In this document: positions 1-9,551 of the stretch, piece after piece
Numbering within the stretch: position 1 is the stretch's first letter
Layout: each line of letters opens with the position of its first letter
Virus record (IMG/VR): IMGVR_UViG_3300034198_017033
Location: 32,445 to 96,444 of that record
DNA from: a virus
Direction: 5' to 3' (one strand)
DNA: 64,000 bases
Program-made: the position numbers and the translations under genes
The notes under the pieces: model-generated
What the model was told of the DNA's origin: nothing
Databases searched by the model: none
What the model saw: only the letters and a program-made list of their open reading frames with translations

Positions 1-189
1 TATTCACCATATGTTTACTATTATCAAGGTATGTGGTATAATTCAGGATTGTTAGCAATACCTTTTGTATCAGCTGATTATAAAATAACAAAAAAATTCA
101 AGTTAAATATAAGTATAAGCGGTGTTCAACAAATAAATGATAAACCGTTATCTTACCAAATTTTAACAGGAGCAAAAGCAATATTATAA
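1..189 (+). CDS. 3' end of a plus-strand ORF that begins upstream of the window (hypothetical)
   Basis: Frame 1 is open from base 1 to the TAA at 187-189 (62 codons). Confidence 0.3.
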   Translation, partial: YSPYVYYYQGMWYNSGLLAIPFVSADYKITKKFKLNISISGVQQINDKPLSYQILTGAKAIL

Positions 190-194
190 TACAT

Positions 195-644
195 ATGAAA
201 AAAATTTTAATTATATTAACAATATTTATTTCTTTAAGAGGATATTCTCAAGAATGTTATTCAGTTAAAGATGTTAAAAACGAAGGTGAAATTGAAGGAG
301 TGAACCCTAATAGATTTTTGCTAGGTGTAAAACAAATTACCGAAGAAATTCTTTCTAATAGTTATTCTATTTGTCAAGATGGGAAACCTGTTAGTGTTTT
401 AATTGAAAGTATTGAAGCACCAACCAATAGTGTGTCTTTAGGTCCTTTTGAGAAAAAAAGAAAAAAAACAACAGTTAAATTAATAGTAAAAATAGATGGT
501 GATGAATATGAAGGTGAAGGTGATACAAATACTGATGTTAGTTCAACATTTATTGAATTACAAGATGAAACCCTACCTTTCGAAAAATCAGCTTTTTCTG
601 GTGCGTTAAAAAAAGCCTTACAAGACGCTATTTCTAAAATATGA
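195..644 (+). CDS. small secreted protein with a Bacteroidetes-type signal peptide
   Basis: N-terminus MKKILIILTIFISLRGYSQ. The ATGA overlap with the next ORF suggests an operon. Confidence 0.5.
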   Translation: MKKILIILTIFISLRGYSQECYSVKDVKNEGEIEGVNPNRFLLGVKQITEEILSNSYSICQDGKPVSVLIESIEAPTNSVSLGPFEKKRKKTTVKLIVKIDGDEYEGEGDTNTDVSSTFIELQDETLPFEKSAFSGALKKALQDAISKI

Positions 645-2284
645 TGAAAAAGTTAGTGGTATTCATATTATTATTGACTAACCAATTATTTGGTCAATTT
701 AATTATTCTGGTTATATCTACAACTCAAATAGTGTAGGTATTCCTAATATACCTATAAAACTTTTTAAAAGAACAACGTCAAATTTAGCTGGATTTACTT
801 CACAAACAAATTATAACGGTCATTCATATTATCGTTCAACAACCACCGCTAATTGGACTACAGCCCAAGCTAACTGTGTAGCTATGAATGGTCATTTAGT
901 GACAATTTCTAACGCTGCTGAAAATACCTTTGTTTTTAACACATGGCCTAGTGGATGGATAGGATATTATCAAGACAAAACAGGTAATTTTTATGGGGAA
1001 CCAAATGCTGGGTGGAGATGGACAGAAAATTATGTCACCACAAACCAACAAGCTGATTATGATGTAGCGTCCTACACATCAGGAAATATACTAACAGATA
1101 TTAAATCTAGTATTAACACTACATTAACAAACAACCCTACATATACTAATAGTGGTGGTAAATACTTAACATTCAACGGTATTAACCAATATGGTATTAC
1201 GGGTAATTTAGCCTCAAAATTTACATCAACTAAAGTTTCATTATTAGCGTGGATTTATCCAACTGGAAATGGTGTTGTTGTAACTGAATTAGGTGCTGGT
1301 AGCCCATCATCTGGTTGGCACGACGCACAAATAGAAATAACTGGTGGTAACACACTTAGATGTGGGCTTTGGAACGGTGGAATGGTACAAGTTTCTACTA
1401 GTATAACATTAAACGCTTGGCATTTAGTTGGTTTTACTTACGATGGAACAACACTTACTGGTTATAAAGATGGTGTTGCTTTTGCTACTATAAATACAGC
1501 TAGACAAGCACCATATTATTACGGAAATGGTTTATATTATGGTATTGGGTTAACCGATTTTACAAACATGGGTTCTGGCGCTTATGGTAATTTTAGATTA
1601 GGTAGTTTTCAAGTATATTCTAACGCTCTTACAGCTGATGAGATGAATCGTAATTACATGTCAACAGCATGGAGATTTGGTGTTTATCCTTATTCTAATT
1701 GGAATGGTGGTGAACCTAACAATTCTGGTGGTGAAGATTATATTCAGTTTGTTGGTAGTGGTCGTTGGAATGATTTAAATAATAACAATTCTTTAAATTA
1801 TGTCTTGGAATTTGATTATATATTTAGCACAGGTTCATGGGAGTTATATAAAACAATATACACAGATTCTAATGGAAAATATACTATCACAGAAACTACT
1901 AACCCATCAATAGAATGGTATATTCAAATTGATGCACCAACACCTAACGCTATAACAACTTTTGACGCTATTTCAGCAAACTCTAAGGTTTTAAGTAGAA
2001 ATATAAATGCTTGGGATTATTATAAATTTGATGTTAATGATGATTCTAAAATAAACATTTCAGACGTTTATTATATTTACGCTAAAAAAATAGGTAAATT
2101 TACTTCGTGGAAACCAACTTTGGTTAACACTAGGATATTCACACCGACCCAATTTTCTATAATAAACTCATCAAATAGTAATTTAAAAACCACCTATTCT
2201 GGTGTTCAATCTATTGTTATAAATTCCCCAGTGTCTGGTGGAAGTTCAAATTATTATATTGTTAATACAGGATACGCCAACTAA
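641..2284 (+). CDS. secreted protein with C-type lectin-like domains and a concanavalin/LamG-like domain
   Basis: Signal peptide MMKKLVVFILLLTNQLFGQ. C-type lectin domain hallmarks: WIGYYQD...GEPNAGWRW, then WNGGEPNNSGGEDYIQF...WNDLNN (EPN and WND motifs). LamG-like segment: GGKYLTFNGINQYG...WHLVGFTYDG. Confidence 0.6.
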   Translation: MMKKLVVFILLLTNQLFGQFNYSGYIYNSNSVGIPNIPIKLFKRTTSNLAGFTSQTNYNGHSYYRSTTTANWTTAQANCVAMNGHLVTISNAAENTFVFNTWPSGWIGYYQDKTGNFYGEPNAGWRWTENYVTTNQQADYDVASYTSGNILTDIKSSINTTLTNNPTYTNSGGKYLTFNGINQYGITGNLASKFTSTKVSLLAWIYPTGNGVVVTELGAGSPSSGWHDAQIEITGGNTLRCGLWNGGMVQVSTSITLNAWHLVGFTYDGTTLTGYKDGVAFATINTARQAPYYYGNGLYYGIGLTDFTNMGSGAYGNFRLGSFQVYSNALTADEMNRNYMSTAWRFGVYPYSNWNGGEPNNSGGEDYIQFVGSGRWNDLNNNNSLNYVLEFDYIFSTGSWELYKTIYTDSNGKYTITETTNPSIEWYIQIDAPTPNAITTFDAISANSKVLSRNINAWDYYKFDVNDDSKINISDVYYIYAKKIGKFTSWKPTLVNTRIFTPTQFSIINSSNSNLKTTYSGVQSIVINSPVSGGSSNYYIVNTGYAN

Positions 2285-2715
2285 TGAAAAAAATATTATT
2301 TATATTACTTTTGTCTATCACATCTTATGGGCAAATAAAGATTGACGATGTTGGAACTGGTTGGAAAGTTAAAGTTGAACAAGCTTTACTAATCATTCAG
2401 AACAACGATACCGAAGCTTATGATATGGTTAAAAAACATTGTAAAAAAATAAGTTATATACTTAGCACATTCTCAACAACACAAAATGGTGATACAGTAC
2501 TCATAACAACAAACGATATGAATAGCGTTTCAATAAATAATATAGCTGCTGTAATCGTACATGAATCTTTTCATCTTAAAGCATTACATGATAATTATGG
2601 GTTAACAGAACTAGAAGAAGAATCTAGAGCTTATGAAGTGGAATTGAAATTCCTAGAAAAGATACCTAACGTGGAACCATGGTTAATCAATAACGCAAAA
2701 AATAAAAAGGGCTAA
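2284..2715 (+). CDS. small secreted protein with an HExxH motif (possible mini-zincin)
   Basis: Signal peptide MKKILFILLLSITSYGQ. VIVHESFHLKALHD contains HESFH. Followed by an intrinsic terminator. Confidence 0.45.
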   Translation: MKKILFILLLSITSYGQIKIDDVGTGWKVKVEQALLIIQNNDTEAYDMVKKHCKKISYILSTFSTTQNGDTVLITTNDMNSVSINNIAAVIVHESFHLKALHDNYGLTELEEESRAYEVELKFLEKIPNVEPWLINNAKNKKG

Positions 2716-2731
2716 ATGTAGCCCTTTTTTA
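2705..2731 (+). terminator. rho-independent terminator hairpin (gggctaaatgtagccc followed by T-tract)
   Basis: Perfect stem plus TTTTTT, at the convergence of the plus-strand operon and the minus-strand genes. Confidence 0.6.
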
Positions 2732-3233
2732 TTAAATCATGTAAGTATTCAGAGTGTTCTATGTTTTTTTCGTTAGCATAACCAATACTCATGTGCATTC
2801 CAAAGAATGGTTTCCCTAAACCCAATTCAGTTCTTATGGATTGTAATGATTCTCTCTCTTCATGAGGAACGTTAAACCACCATGTTCTACCATCAGTCCT
2901 AGGGTCCAAATCAATAACGATAGGTATAGTTTTACCATGCCATTTTTGTTTTGTTATATCCCACGCATTTAGAGCCTCTTCAACGGACTTTTGTCCATTC
3001 TGGGTTAAATCCCTCATGCTGTCGTTAATAAACGAAATATGAGCCCCTCTAAGCGGTTTATTTAGTGTTAGATTGTATCTTCTTTTTATGAACCAATTGT
3101 AGTATTCGCATATCTCTCCATCTACCATAACCATGGCTATTTTTTTCCATGACGCTTGATTTAAGTGTTTTTTTGTTTTGTCCTCAGGTTCAAACTCAAT
3201 CTTACCTGTAAGGTGTAATATTTTGGTTTCCAT
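2712..3233 (-). CDS. hypothetical protein
   Basis: 173-aa ORF with no recognisable motif. Confidence 0.45.
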   Translation of the reverse strand: METKILHLTGKIEFEPEDKTKKHLNQASWKKIAMVMVDGEICEYYNWFIKRRYNLTLNKPLRGAHISFINDSMRDLTQNGQKSVEEALNAWDITKQKWHGKTIPIVIDLDPRTDGRTWWFNVPHEERESLQSIRTELGLGKPFFGMHMSIGYANEKNIEHSEYLHDLIKKGYI

Positions 3234-3660
3234 TTATTGTTATTAAATCAGTAATAATCTCTCTATCAATTTCGTTTCCATTTATAGCTATTAAATCGTT
3301 AATAATCTCTCTATCAATTTCGTTTGAAATTTCTTGTGATAACATATTAATTAGTTCAGCCTCAGCATCTATATGATGAAAAGCATGCAAGTCATCAGAC
3401 ATTTCAACAGTCCAAAATGGTTTTTTATACGCTGAACCAAACTCTTTTTTTTGCAACCCATTTGAAAACGACCATTTTCTAAATATTTTTTCACATTCTA
3501 AAATATCAAAATCAAAAACAACATGACATTCTATAACGATGTCTTGACCATATTCTAACTGAGTTGTGTTAACATGATAAAATTTGTTATTACAAACTAC
3601 ATAATGTTTATTTAAATATTTGTCTAGTATTTTTTTAATCTCAATGGGTTTCATACACAA
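3202..3660 (-). CDS. hypothetical protein with an internal tandem repeat
   Basis: ORF. About 39 nt are directly repeated at 3240-3320 (peptide repeat EIDREIINDLIAINGN / EIDREIITDLITINGN). Confidence 0.4.
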   Translation of the reverse strand: MCMKPIEIKKILDKYLNKHYVVCNNKFYHVNTTQLEYGQDIVIECHVVFDFDILECEKIFRKWSFSNGLQKKEFGSAYKKPFWTVEMSDDLHAFHHIDAEAELINMLSQEISNEIDREIINDLIAINGNEIDREIITDLITINGNQNITPYR

Positions 3661-3691
3661 TTATATGAAACCCAAGGAAATTAGTAAAGGT

Positions 3692-4450
3692 TTAAGCCAA
3701 CCTAAGTGGTTTTAAAAACTCTCTCAAGAAAGCGTTTTTAGGACCTCCAATCTTTTCAACCCATTTTTGGTAGTTGGATTCATTTCTTTCTTCCAATTCA
3801 AGTTGAGCTTTTTTGGACGGCTTACGAGTACCATAAGGTAACTTTTCTTCTTGGAACTCTGGGTAAAGTTCTCTATTGAAAACTCTCTCGTCAACCAAGA
3901 ACACAACTGCTGTTAACTGGTCCCCTAAGTCTGGTTCATGGAAAACAGCTGTAGCGACACCATTATCAGTAAGTGTTCTTAAATGTTGGTTAAGACTTCC
4001 TAACTTATCTGGTGTATTGTTAGTAGTACCACCATTAAGGATAATAAAAGTTTTATCTTCTTTGGCCCATTTATTATAAATCTTCTCTAAATTAGATAGA
4101 CCTTTAACTGTTTGACCGTACTCAACCACAGCATGACCAAATTGGATACCTTGTTGAATTGGACTTATATTGTAAGGAACCAGACCATACATTCTGTATT
4201 CCAAATACATTTCAGTTTTTCTTGGCATCGAGTTAGCTTTTACCTTGCATTGTGACAACGCTTCAAGGAATTCACCTTTAGGCATTGTAGGAAACATAAA
4301 ATAATGCATCTCCTTTGAACCGAACCACTCTAGTGGCCATTCGTTTAGGTCTAAGACCCTTATGTTAAGTTCTAAACACCATTGATAAGGTGTTTTAAAT
4401 TCTAATTCTTCCATTAGTGTTCCATTTGTATTAAGTGAGAAATTGTACAT
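3692..4450 (-). CDS. PTH2-like (peptidyl-tRNA hydrolase 2 family) domain protein with an N-terminal extension
   Basis: GIQFGHAVV resembles the PTH2 AAQCSHAAV motif. HEPDLGDQLTAVVF resembles the PTH2 DAGRTQIAPGTVT region. Paralog of 30435-30785. Confidence 0.4.
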   Translation of the reverse strand: MYNFSLNTNGTLMEELEFKTPYQWCLELNIRVLDLNEWPLEWFGSKEMHYFMFPTMPKGEFLEALSQCKVKANSMPRKTEMYLEYRMYGLVPYNISPIQQGIQFGHAVVEYGQTVKGLSNLEKIYNKWAKEDKTFIILNGGTTNNTPDKLGSLNQHLRTLTDNGVATAVFHEPDLGDQLTAVVFLVDERVFNRELYPEFQEEKLPYGTRKPSKKAQLELEERNESNYQKWVEKIGGPKNAFLREFLKPLRLA

Positions 4451-5703
4451 TGTACTGGATTGTAGATAATGAACTCGTCATTTCTAAGGTCAGCACCACC
4501 ATGAGCGTATACGCTATCAAAACCATCCTTTTGGATGTTAGAGTAACTCAAACTATAACATGATGAATCATGTTTGTGAATGTGTTTCTCGTTTCCTAAA
4601 TGTACATCGAACAATGCCAAGAAACCTACTTGAGAGTTACCTCTAGTCCAATGTGAACCTGATAGTGAACTATACCCCAATGATTTTTGACTCTTGTTAG
4701 CGAAATACACACCATCACCGAACATAGAACCAGTGTAAACAGCACCAGAAGGTCTAATCATAAGACCAGTCTGGATAATGTTAAACCAGTTCTCGTTTCG
4801 AGAACCATGCCAGTAAAGTCTTTTCTTTTTAACTTTAGCTGTTTTAAAATGGTTATCAAATTTGGCTTGTGTGGCAATATTAACAACTTTGAAAATCTTT
4901 TTGGCTTTTGACGAATTATCACCCAATAATTTGGTGATAAGGCTAAGTGTTTCGCTATCTTTCTCAACTTCAATCTTAAGACCCATTTGAGTAAGGATGT
5001 CAATATCTGACATTTCTTCACCAGTGGTTTCAATAGTTTGTTTTTGTTGTTTGATAAGTTTAACCTGACCAGCCATGGTATCCAGCGCACTTTGTTCTTC
5101 ACCCAACAATCTTTGAGCTTTTTCCAATTCGTCATCGTTATCAAGACCTTGAACCAAGTGATTTTTAACGTTATCCATTTTTCTAGGAATAACGGTAAAA
5201 AGTCTTAACAATTCGTTGTTCACTTCTTTAAGGTCACCACCAACTTTAAGCATAGCTGTAACTTTAGACAAAACCTCTTGTGCTGCTTCAACTTGTTGTT
5301 CAGAAACAGCGTCTTGAGTAACTTTATAATTCTTTTGAATAGATTTATTTGCGTATGCCATAAGGTCTTGAACTAATTTCTTAACCATAGCATCTTTTAT
5401 CGCTTCAACAGTGTTGTTTTGTGAACCACCGTTTGAATTATCAACTACTGGTTCTGCTAATAACTCTGTTACATCAGTGTAACCTTTACTAGCACCAGTC
5501 TTTTGTTTGTAAACACTACTCCATTTAGAACTATCTTTATACTCAGTAGTGAGACTTTTACCAACTCTACCGTATTCACATTTGATTCTACCGTCAGCAA
5601 GCTCTTCCATTATATAGACTTTGTTGCTATTATCTGTTTTTCCGTTATCAACCGATACGTGAATTAATTTAGCGTATTTTAAGCCGTTTTCTTTAGTTAT
5701 CAT
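4414..5703 (-). CDS. poly(ADP-ribose) polymerase-like protein (WGR domain plus PARP catalytic domain)
   Basis: WGR motif IKCEYGRVGKS. Catalytic signature LYWHGSRNENWFNIIQTGL...GDGVYFA (H-G-S), and NDEFIIYNP supplies the Y and E of the H-Y-E triad. Confidence 0.75.
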   Translation of the reverse strand: MITKENGLKYAKLIHVSVDNGKTDNSNKVYIMEELADGRIKCEYGRVGKSLTTEYKDSSKWSSVYKQKTGASKGYTDVTELLAEPVVDNSNGGSQNNTVEAIKDAMVKKLVQDLMAYANKSIQKNYKVTQDAVSEQQVEAAQEVLSKVTAMLKVGGDLKEVNNELLRLFTVIPRKMDNVKNHLVQGLDNDDELEKAQRLLGEEQSALDTMAGQVKLIKQQKQTIETTGEEMSDIDILTQMGLKIEVEKDSETLSLITKLLGDNSSKAKKIFKVVNIATQAKFDNHFKTAKVKKKRLYWHGSRNENWFNIIQTGLMIRPSGAVYTGSMFGDGVYFANKSQKSLGYSSLSGSHWTRGNSQVGFLALFDVHLGNEKHIHKHDSSCYSLSYSNIQKDGFDSVYAHGGADLRNDEFIIYNPVQCTISHLIQMEH

Positions 5704-5720
5704 ACTTCTACATTTATTTT

Positions 5721-5733
5721 TGCAAAGATATTA
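5721..5733 (-). promoter_or_regulatory. Bacteroidetes-type -7 promoter element (minus-strand TATCTTTGCA) for the PARP gene
   Basis: tgcaaagatatta lies about 20 nt upstream of the ATG at 5703. The same motif recurs before most genes. Confidence 0.55.
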
Positions 5734-5755
5734 AATCTTTTTTATACTTCCAAAT

Positions 5756-5962
5756 TTATTTCCATTTTTTTGTCACGTCTTCCAAAATACTTTGGTTTTC
5801 ATTGACAAAACGTAAGAATAATGGTTGTAGTTCTGGTTGTAATGGAAACCCATTAATATAAACCACATCCATCACAACTTCAAGTTCTTGACCAGCTTTA
5901 AGTGGCATATCTCTAGCCACTTCAACATTTTTGGTCAATCTGTATACTTTATTGGTAATCAT
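5756..5962 (-). CDS. hypothetical protein
   Basis: 68-aa ORF. Confidence 0.35.
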   Translation of the reverse strand: MITNKVYRLTKNVEVARDMPLKAGQELEVVMDVVYINGFPLQPELQPLFLRFVNENQSILEDVTKKWK

Positions 5963-6399
5963 TATACACCAAGAGATTTTCTGATTTCTTCAAGCTCCAT
6001 TTGTGCTCTAAGCTCTGGGCTGATTAATTTGTTAAGACGTTCCTCAAGCATTTCCAACTCTTTTTTCTTGGTTGTAATCTCGATTTTGTCGATTCTTGTT
6101 TTGATGTCTTCGGCCCAATCATCAAAGGTAAAACCAAACCACTTAAATTCTAGGTTTGTACCGATGATTTTTTGTGCTTCGTTAAACGCGTTACGTTTCT
6201 CACACAAGAAACCTAAAATATAAACCAATTCTTCTACCGCACTACATACTTGTAGGTTGATACTAGCTGAGGAATCTTTGCTGTATCTGAAAGCACAGTT
6301 AGTGTTCCAGTTAGGTCTTTCAGCCTTAGCGATGGCTGCTTTTTTCTCGTTAACAATCTTGGTTAACTCTTGTACTAATTTGTCGTTGTTTGCACTCAT
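5962..6399 (-). CDS. hypothetical coiled-coil protein
   Basis: 145-aa ORF. Confidence 0.45.
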   Translation of the reverse strand: MSANNDKLVQELTKIVNEKKAAIAKAERPNWNTNCAFRYSKDSSASINLQVCSAVEELVYILGFLCEKRNAFNEAQKIIGTNLEFKWFGFTFDDWAEDIKTRIDKIEITTKKKELEMLEERLNKLISPELRAQMELEEIRKSLGV

Positions 6400-6401
6400 A
6401 A

Positions 6402-7742
6402 TTAAAATACTAATACTCTATTTTTGTTATTTTTATTTATCGTAACTAATTTTAATTTCATATCCTTAATAGTTTGATATGAAATCTTTTCAATTAACTT
6501 TGGTTTGATTGTTTTCAATTTAATCTCACCGTCTTTAACCGTAACAACTTTTTTAGCTGTTAACTTGTATGTCTTAATCTTATTTTTACTATTTCTATTA
6601 TAATAGTAACTAGCGTTAGAGTATTCAACTTCGTCCGTTTCTAAAGCATACTGTTCGTATTGGTTATTACCCAATGGTAAATAACAATACCCATAATCTT
6701 CATGCGAATGGTGAGAATATGTTAATTCTGTTGGTATAAAAGCATCGATTTCTTCAAGGTTATCAATAATACCACTAAATTTTGATTTATTAAATTCATC
6801 CAACAATTCAGCGTAGTTTGAAACTGGTGTGTCATTTGTTTTAATTGCAAATTTAGCTAAACTAGTAAACGATTCAATTCTTTCACCATAATTAGGTTTT
6901 TGAACTTTATAAAACACCTGTCTTTTCCCACAACTAACTTTGTCGTATCTATCATGACTATATCTGTAATGTTCATCAAACCAGTTGAATTTACCCAAAT
7001 AGATGTATTCTTCCATTTGTTTTGTTTTGTAAGTACAACCCTCAACCAAATCCTTAACCCCGATTTTTTGTGATTGCATTTCAGTAAACTTCTGTGATTC
7101 TTGATAATCAAGACTGGTTGTTGGTAACAACACTAAATCCTTACCATCCCAAGCATACACAAAAGCCCCTTCTAGACCTTTTCCTTTCATCGCGTTACAC
7201 TCTTGAAGAATAAACAACAAATTAGGAACACTGATTTCAAACTCGAAACCTCTCGGGTCGTACACACGACAATAAGTTGACCTATGGTCCCAACCGTTAG
7301 AGTAACCACCAACTTTTTTGTTTAATACAAAACCTTCTGTTGGTACGTTGTCAAATTCAATTGGTTTAAGTGATTCGTCAGAAGAAACTCTACCAAGACT
7401 AGGTGTGAATTTATCATAAGAACCAACAAATTTATCAACATATTCTTCCTCAGTCATATCAGCATATTGCTTATACCAATTATTTTTATTTTTTGAAGAT
7501 TCTTGAACATAATAAGCATGGTCTTTTTTAGACTTAGCCACACGGTCATTGTATTGCTCTCTACGTTTTTGCTGATACGTATCATCATCCATGTGGTGAT
7601 ACCTCCAACCTTCCCATGAAGGTTCTTTACGCCATTTTTTACCGTCAAAGCCGATAACATAACCCAATTTTCCACTATAAGTATCGGTTCTTGGGTTAAA
7701 ACCAACCTTAACTTTTTCTGCAATAAATAATTTTGAATTCAT
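6402..7742 (-). CDS. hypothetical protein
   Basis: 446-aa ORF. Confidence 0.5.
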   Translation of the reverse strand: MNSKLFIAEKVKVGFNPRTDTYSGKLGYVIGFDGKKWRKEPSWEGWRYHHMDDDTYQQKRREQYNDRVAKSKKDHAYYVQESSKNKNNWYKQYADMTEEEYVDKFVGSYDKFTPSLGRVSSDESLKPIEFDNVPTEGFVLNKKVGGYSNGWDHRSTYCRVYDPRGFEFEISVPNLLFILQECNAMKGKGLEGAFVYAWDGKDLVLLPTTSLDYQESQKFTEMQSQKIGVKDLVEGCTYKTKQMEEYIYLGKFNWFDEHYRYSHDRYDKVSCGKRQVFYKVQKPNYGERIESFTSLAKFAIKTNDTPVSNYAELLDEFNKSKFSGIIDNLEEIDAFIPTELTYSHHSHEDYGYCYLPLGNNQYEQYALETDEVEYSNASYYYNRNSKNKIKTYKLTAKKVVTVKDGEIKLKTIKPKLIEKISYQTIKDMKLKLVTINKNNKNRVLVF

Positions 7743-7836
7743 CCGTTTTTTTTATTATTAATATACGTTATTTTATATAAAAATAAAGAGTTTTCACTAA
7801 AAAAAATTAACTTTTTTCAGCTACTAACTCTTTGAT

Positions 7837-8889
7837 TTACACCAACTTAAAGAACATATCTCTAACCTTAGAAGAGATGTATTTGTTCACATCTTTTGGT
7901 TCGATTTTGTTATCAGTCATGGTGTCCATTTCCTCTTTGATTACGTCGTTTACAACCCAACGAATTACATCACCCAATTTTTTGTTTTCAATTGGTTCTT
8001 CGTTAGGGAATACATTTTCAAGTGCTTGATTGAAACGACTTTCAGTTACTGCGTATTCAACAAAGCTTTGGATTGATTCCAATTTTTCAGTGTCTACAGC
8101 TGCAAGTGTTTTAACCTTTGAACTAGAGTGGCGTTCGCCCTTCACCTTGAAGCGGTGTACGTTTCCGTTAAGCGTTGTTGACCAAACAATACCTTCACCG
8201 ATTCCAGAGAACCCAAAAGCCTTAGCAACTGGACATTCTTCTTCAACAGCTAGTGTAAGTTCTGACAATTTGTTTTGAACCAATTGTGGCATGTTAAAGT
8301 CAATATCGATTTCCCAAGTTTGGAAATCTTCGATATTGTAAATGTTATCCTCAGGACTTTTCAAAAAGTGTGAAGGAATCCAATAAGCTGGTTTTTGTCT
8401 AGCTTCTTCTTCAGTTTCAGTAATCGGAGTTACTTTAACACCAAAGATAAAGAATGATTTTGGTAGATTTGAAATACCAACACCCTTCTGAATGTTACCA
8501 CCAGCCCATTCACCATAAATCGTAACGATGTTATGACGGACATCAAACATCCCCAACGAATCAATTTGACTAGCAAATTTTTTAAACGCTTCTTTATGTG
8601 ATTCAACAAAGAAAGCAAAACCAGCATTGTCTTTTTCTGGTGTGATAATGTTTTCACGAGATTGTACCCAATACTCACTAGTGTTATCATAACCGTATTT
8701 GAAAGAAACACCAGCATTGGTTCCGTGAAGTTTCACAGTGCCCTTGAAGGTAAGCGTTGGTTTTGGTTTTGTGGTGTCGTAAATCGCATCACCATTCTCA
8801 TCAAGACCAACAAAATTATATTTTCTAAGAACAGTAGCTACAACGCTTCTGAATTGTTCGATAGACGGAAATTTAATCATTTTTTTCAT
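7837..8889 (-). CDS. RNA ligase 2 (T4 Rnl2-like)
   Basis: Motif I VKLHGTN (compare T4 Rnl2 KIHGTN). IYGEWAGGNIQKGV matches Rnl2 FGEFAGPGIQKNV. EGIVW is motif IV. Confidence 0.75.
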   Translation of the reverse strand: MKKMIKFPSIEQFRSVVATVLRKYNFVGLDENGDAIYDTTKPKPTLTFKGTVKLHGTNAGVSFKYGYDNTSEYWVQSRENIITPEKDNAGFAFFVESHKEAFKKFASQIDSLGMFDVRHNIVTIYGEWAGGNIQKGVGISNLPKSFFIFGVKVTPITETEEEARQKPAYWIPSHFLKSPEDNIYNIEDFQTWEIDIDFNMPQLVQNKLSELTLAVEEECPVAKAFGFSGIGEGIVWSTTLNGNVHRFKVKGERHSSSKVKTLAAVDTEKLESIQSFVEYAVTESRFNQALENVFPNEEPIENKKLGDVIRWVVNDVIKEEMDTMTDNKIEPKDVNKYISSKVRDMFFKLV

Positions 8890-8918
8890 CTTGTTCTTTT
8901 TATTTAATTTTTACTAGT

Positions 8919-8950
8919 AAAAAAGGGTGTTATTACACACCCATTTTTGT
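8919..8950 (-). terminator. intrinsic terminator hairpin (gggtgt..acaccc plus T-tract)
   Basis: Lies downstream of the stop of 8971-9447. Confidence 0.5.
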
Positions 8951-8970
8951 TTTTATATGTTTTTTGTTTA

Positions 8971-9447
8971 TTAGAAACTTAAACTAACACTTGGTGTAAC
9001 ATAATCAACACCATCCCAATTAGAATATGATAAACCATAACTTACGTTACCAAAAGTTTTAGATAAACCAGCGCCATATTCTACAAAATGTCTATTCCCT
9101 TGATTAATGTAACCCCCAAGACCTAAAATTAAATTACCGTTTAAGTAACCTAAAGATGTAGATGGAGATATCTTAATTTCATAAAAATAATTTTGGATGT
9201 TATCACTAAAACTACCTAAATCTCTTAACGATGCTCTACCTAAAACCACACCATAAGAAATATCATTTTTTGTGAAACCAACTTCAACACTTGGATAAGA
9301 GTTATCAGAAAAAGTTTCGTCAAAATTTGACATTGATAACCCAACCGAAACATATTTAGTTGTTTTAACTTTTGTAGAATCTGTTTGACCTTGTGCTGTA
9401 ACTGTTAATGCGATAAACGCAATTAATACGTAAAATAATTTTTTCAT
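8971..9447 (-). CDS. secreted outer-membrane beta-barrel-like protein
   Basis: Signal peptide MKKLFYVLIAFIALTVTAQ. Alternating hydrophobic pattern with a C-terminal Phe (VSLSF). Confidence 0.45.
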   Translation of the reverse strand: MKKLFYVLIAFIALTVTAQGQTDSTKVKTTKYVSVGLSMSNFDETFSDNSYPSVEVGFTKNDISYGVVLGRASLRDLGSFSDNIQNYFYEIKISPSTSLGYLNGNLILGLGGYINQGNRHFVEYGAGLSKTFGNVSYGLSYSNWDGVDYVTPSVSLSF

Positions 9448-9492
9448 AATTTTTCTTTTTTTTTTAATAATTAAATTTTTTTGTTATTAGGT

Positions 9493-9506
9493 TACAAATA
9501 TACTAA
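9493..9506 (-). promoter_or_regulatory. -7 promoter element (tacaaatatactaa)
   Basis: Consensus motif upstream of the ATG at 9447. Confidence 0.5.
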
Positions 9507-9551
9507 GTTAAATTTGATATACCAAATTTTTATTGTTTATTTTTTGTTAAT

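Noticed and set aside
2700-2720. Window start as a prophage-host junction
   Set aside because: The minus-strand genes immediately after the plus-strand cassette already use the same phage promoter motif (for example 5721-5733), and GC content is uniform. The plus-strand cassette is more likely a phage moron, though a junction cannot be strictly excluded.
3240-3320. 39-nt tandem duplication as a mobile-element or CRISPR-like repeat
   Set aside because: It is in-frame inside ORF 3202-3660 and simply duplicates a peptide segment (EIDREII.DLI.INGN): an intragenic repeat.
3724-4079. ORFs 3724-3906(-) and 3876-4079(+) and similar short ORFs nested in or antisense to long genes (for example 4687-4911, 4758-5144, 6857-7111, 7454-7723, 8030-8278, 8430-8717, 37639-38036, 40622-40930, 41857-42285, 62639-62989)
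   Set aside because: They are fully embedded in or antisense to well-supported long ORFs, have no promoter motif, and show biased low-complexity composition typical of spurious frames in AT-rich DNA.
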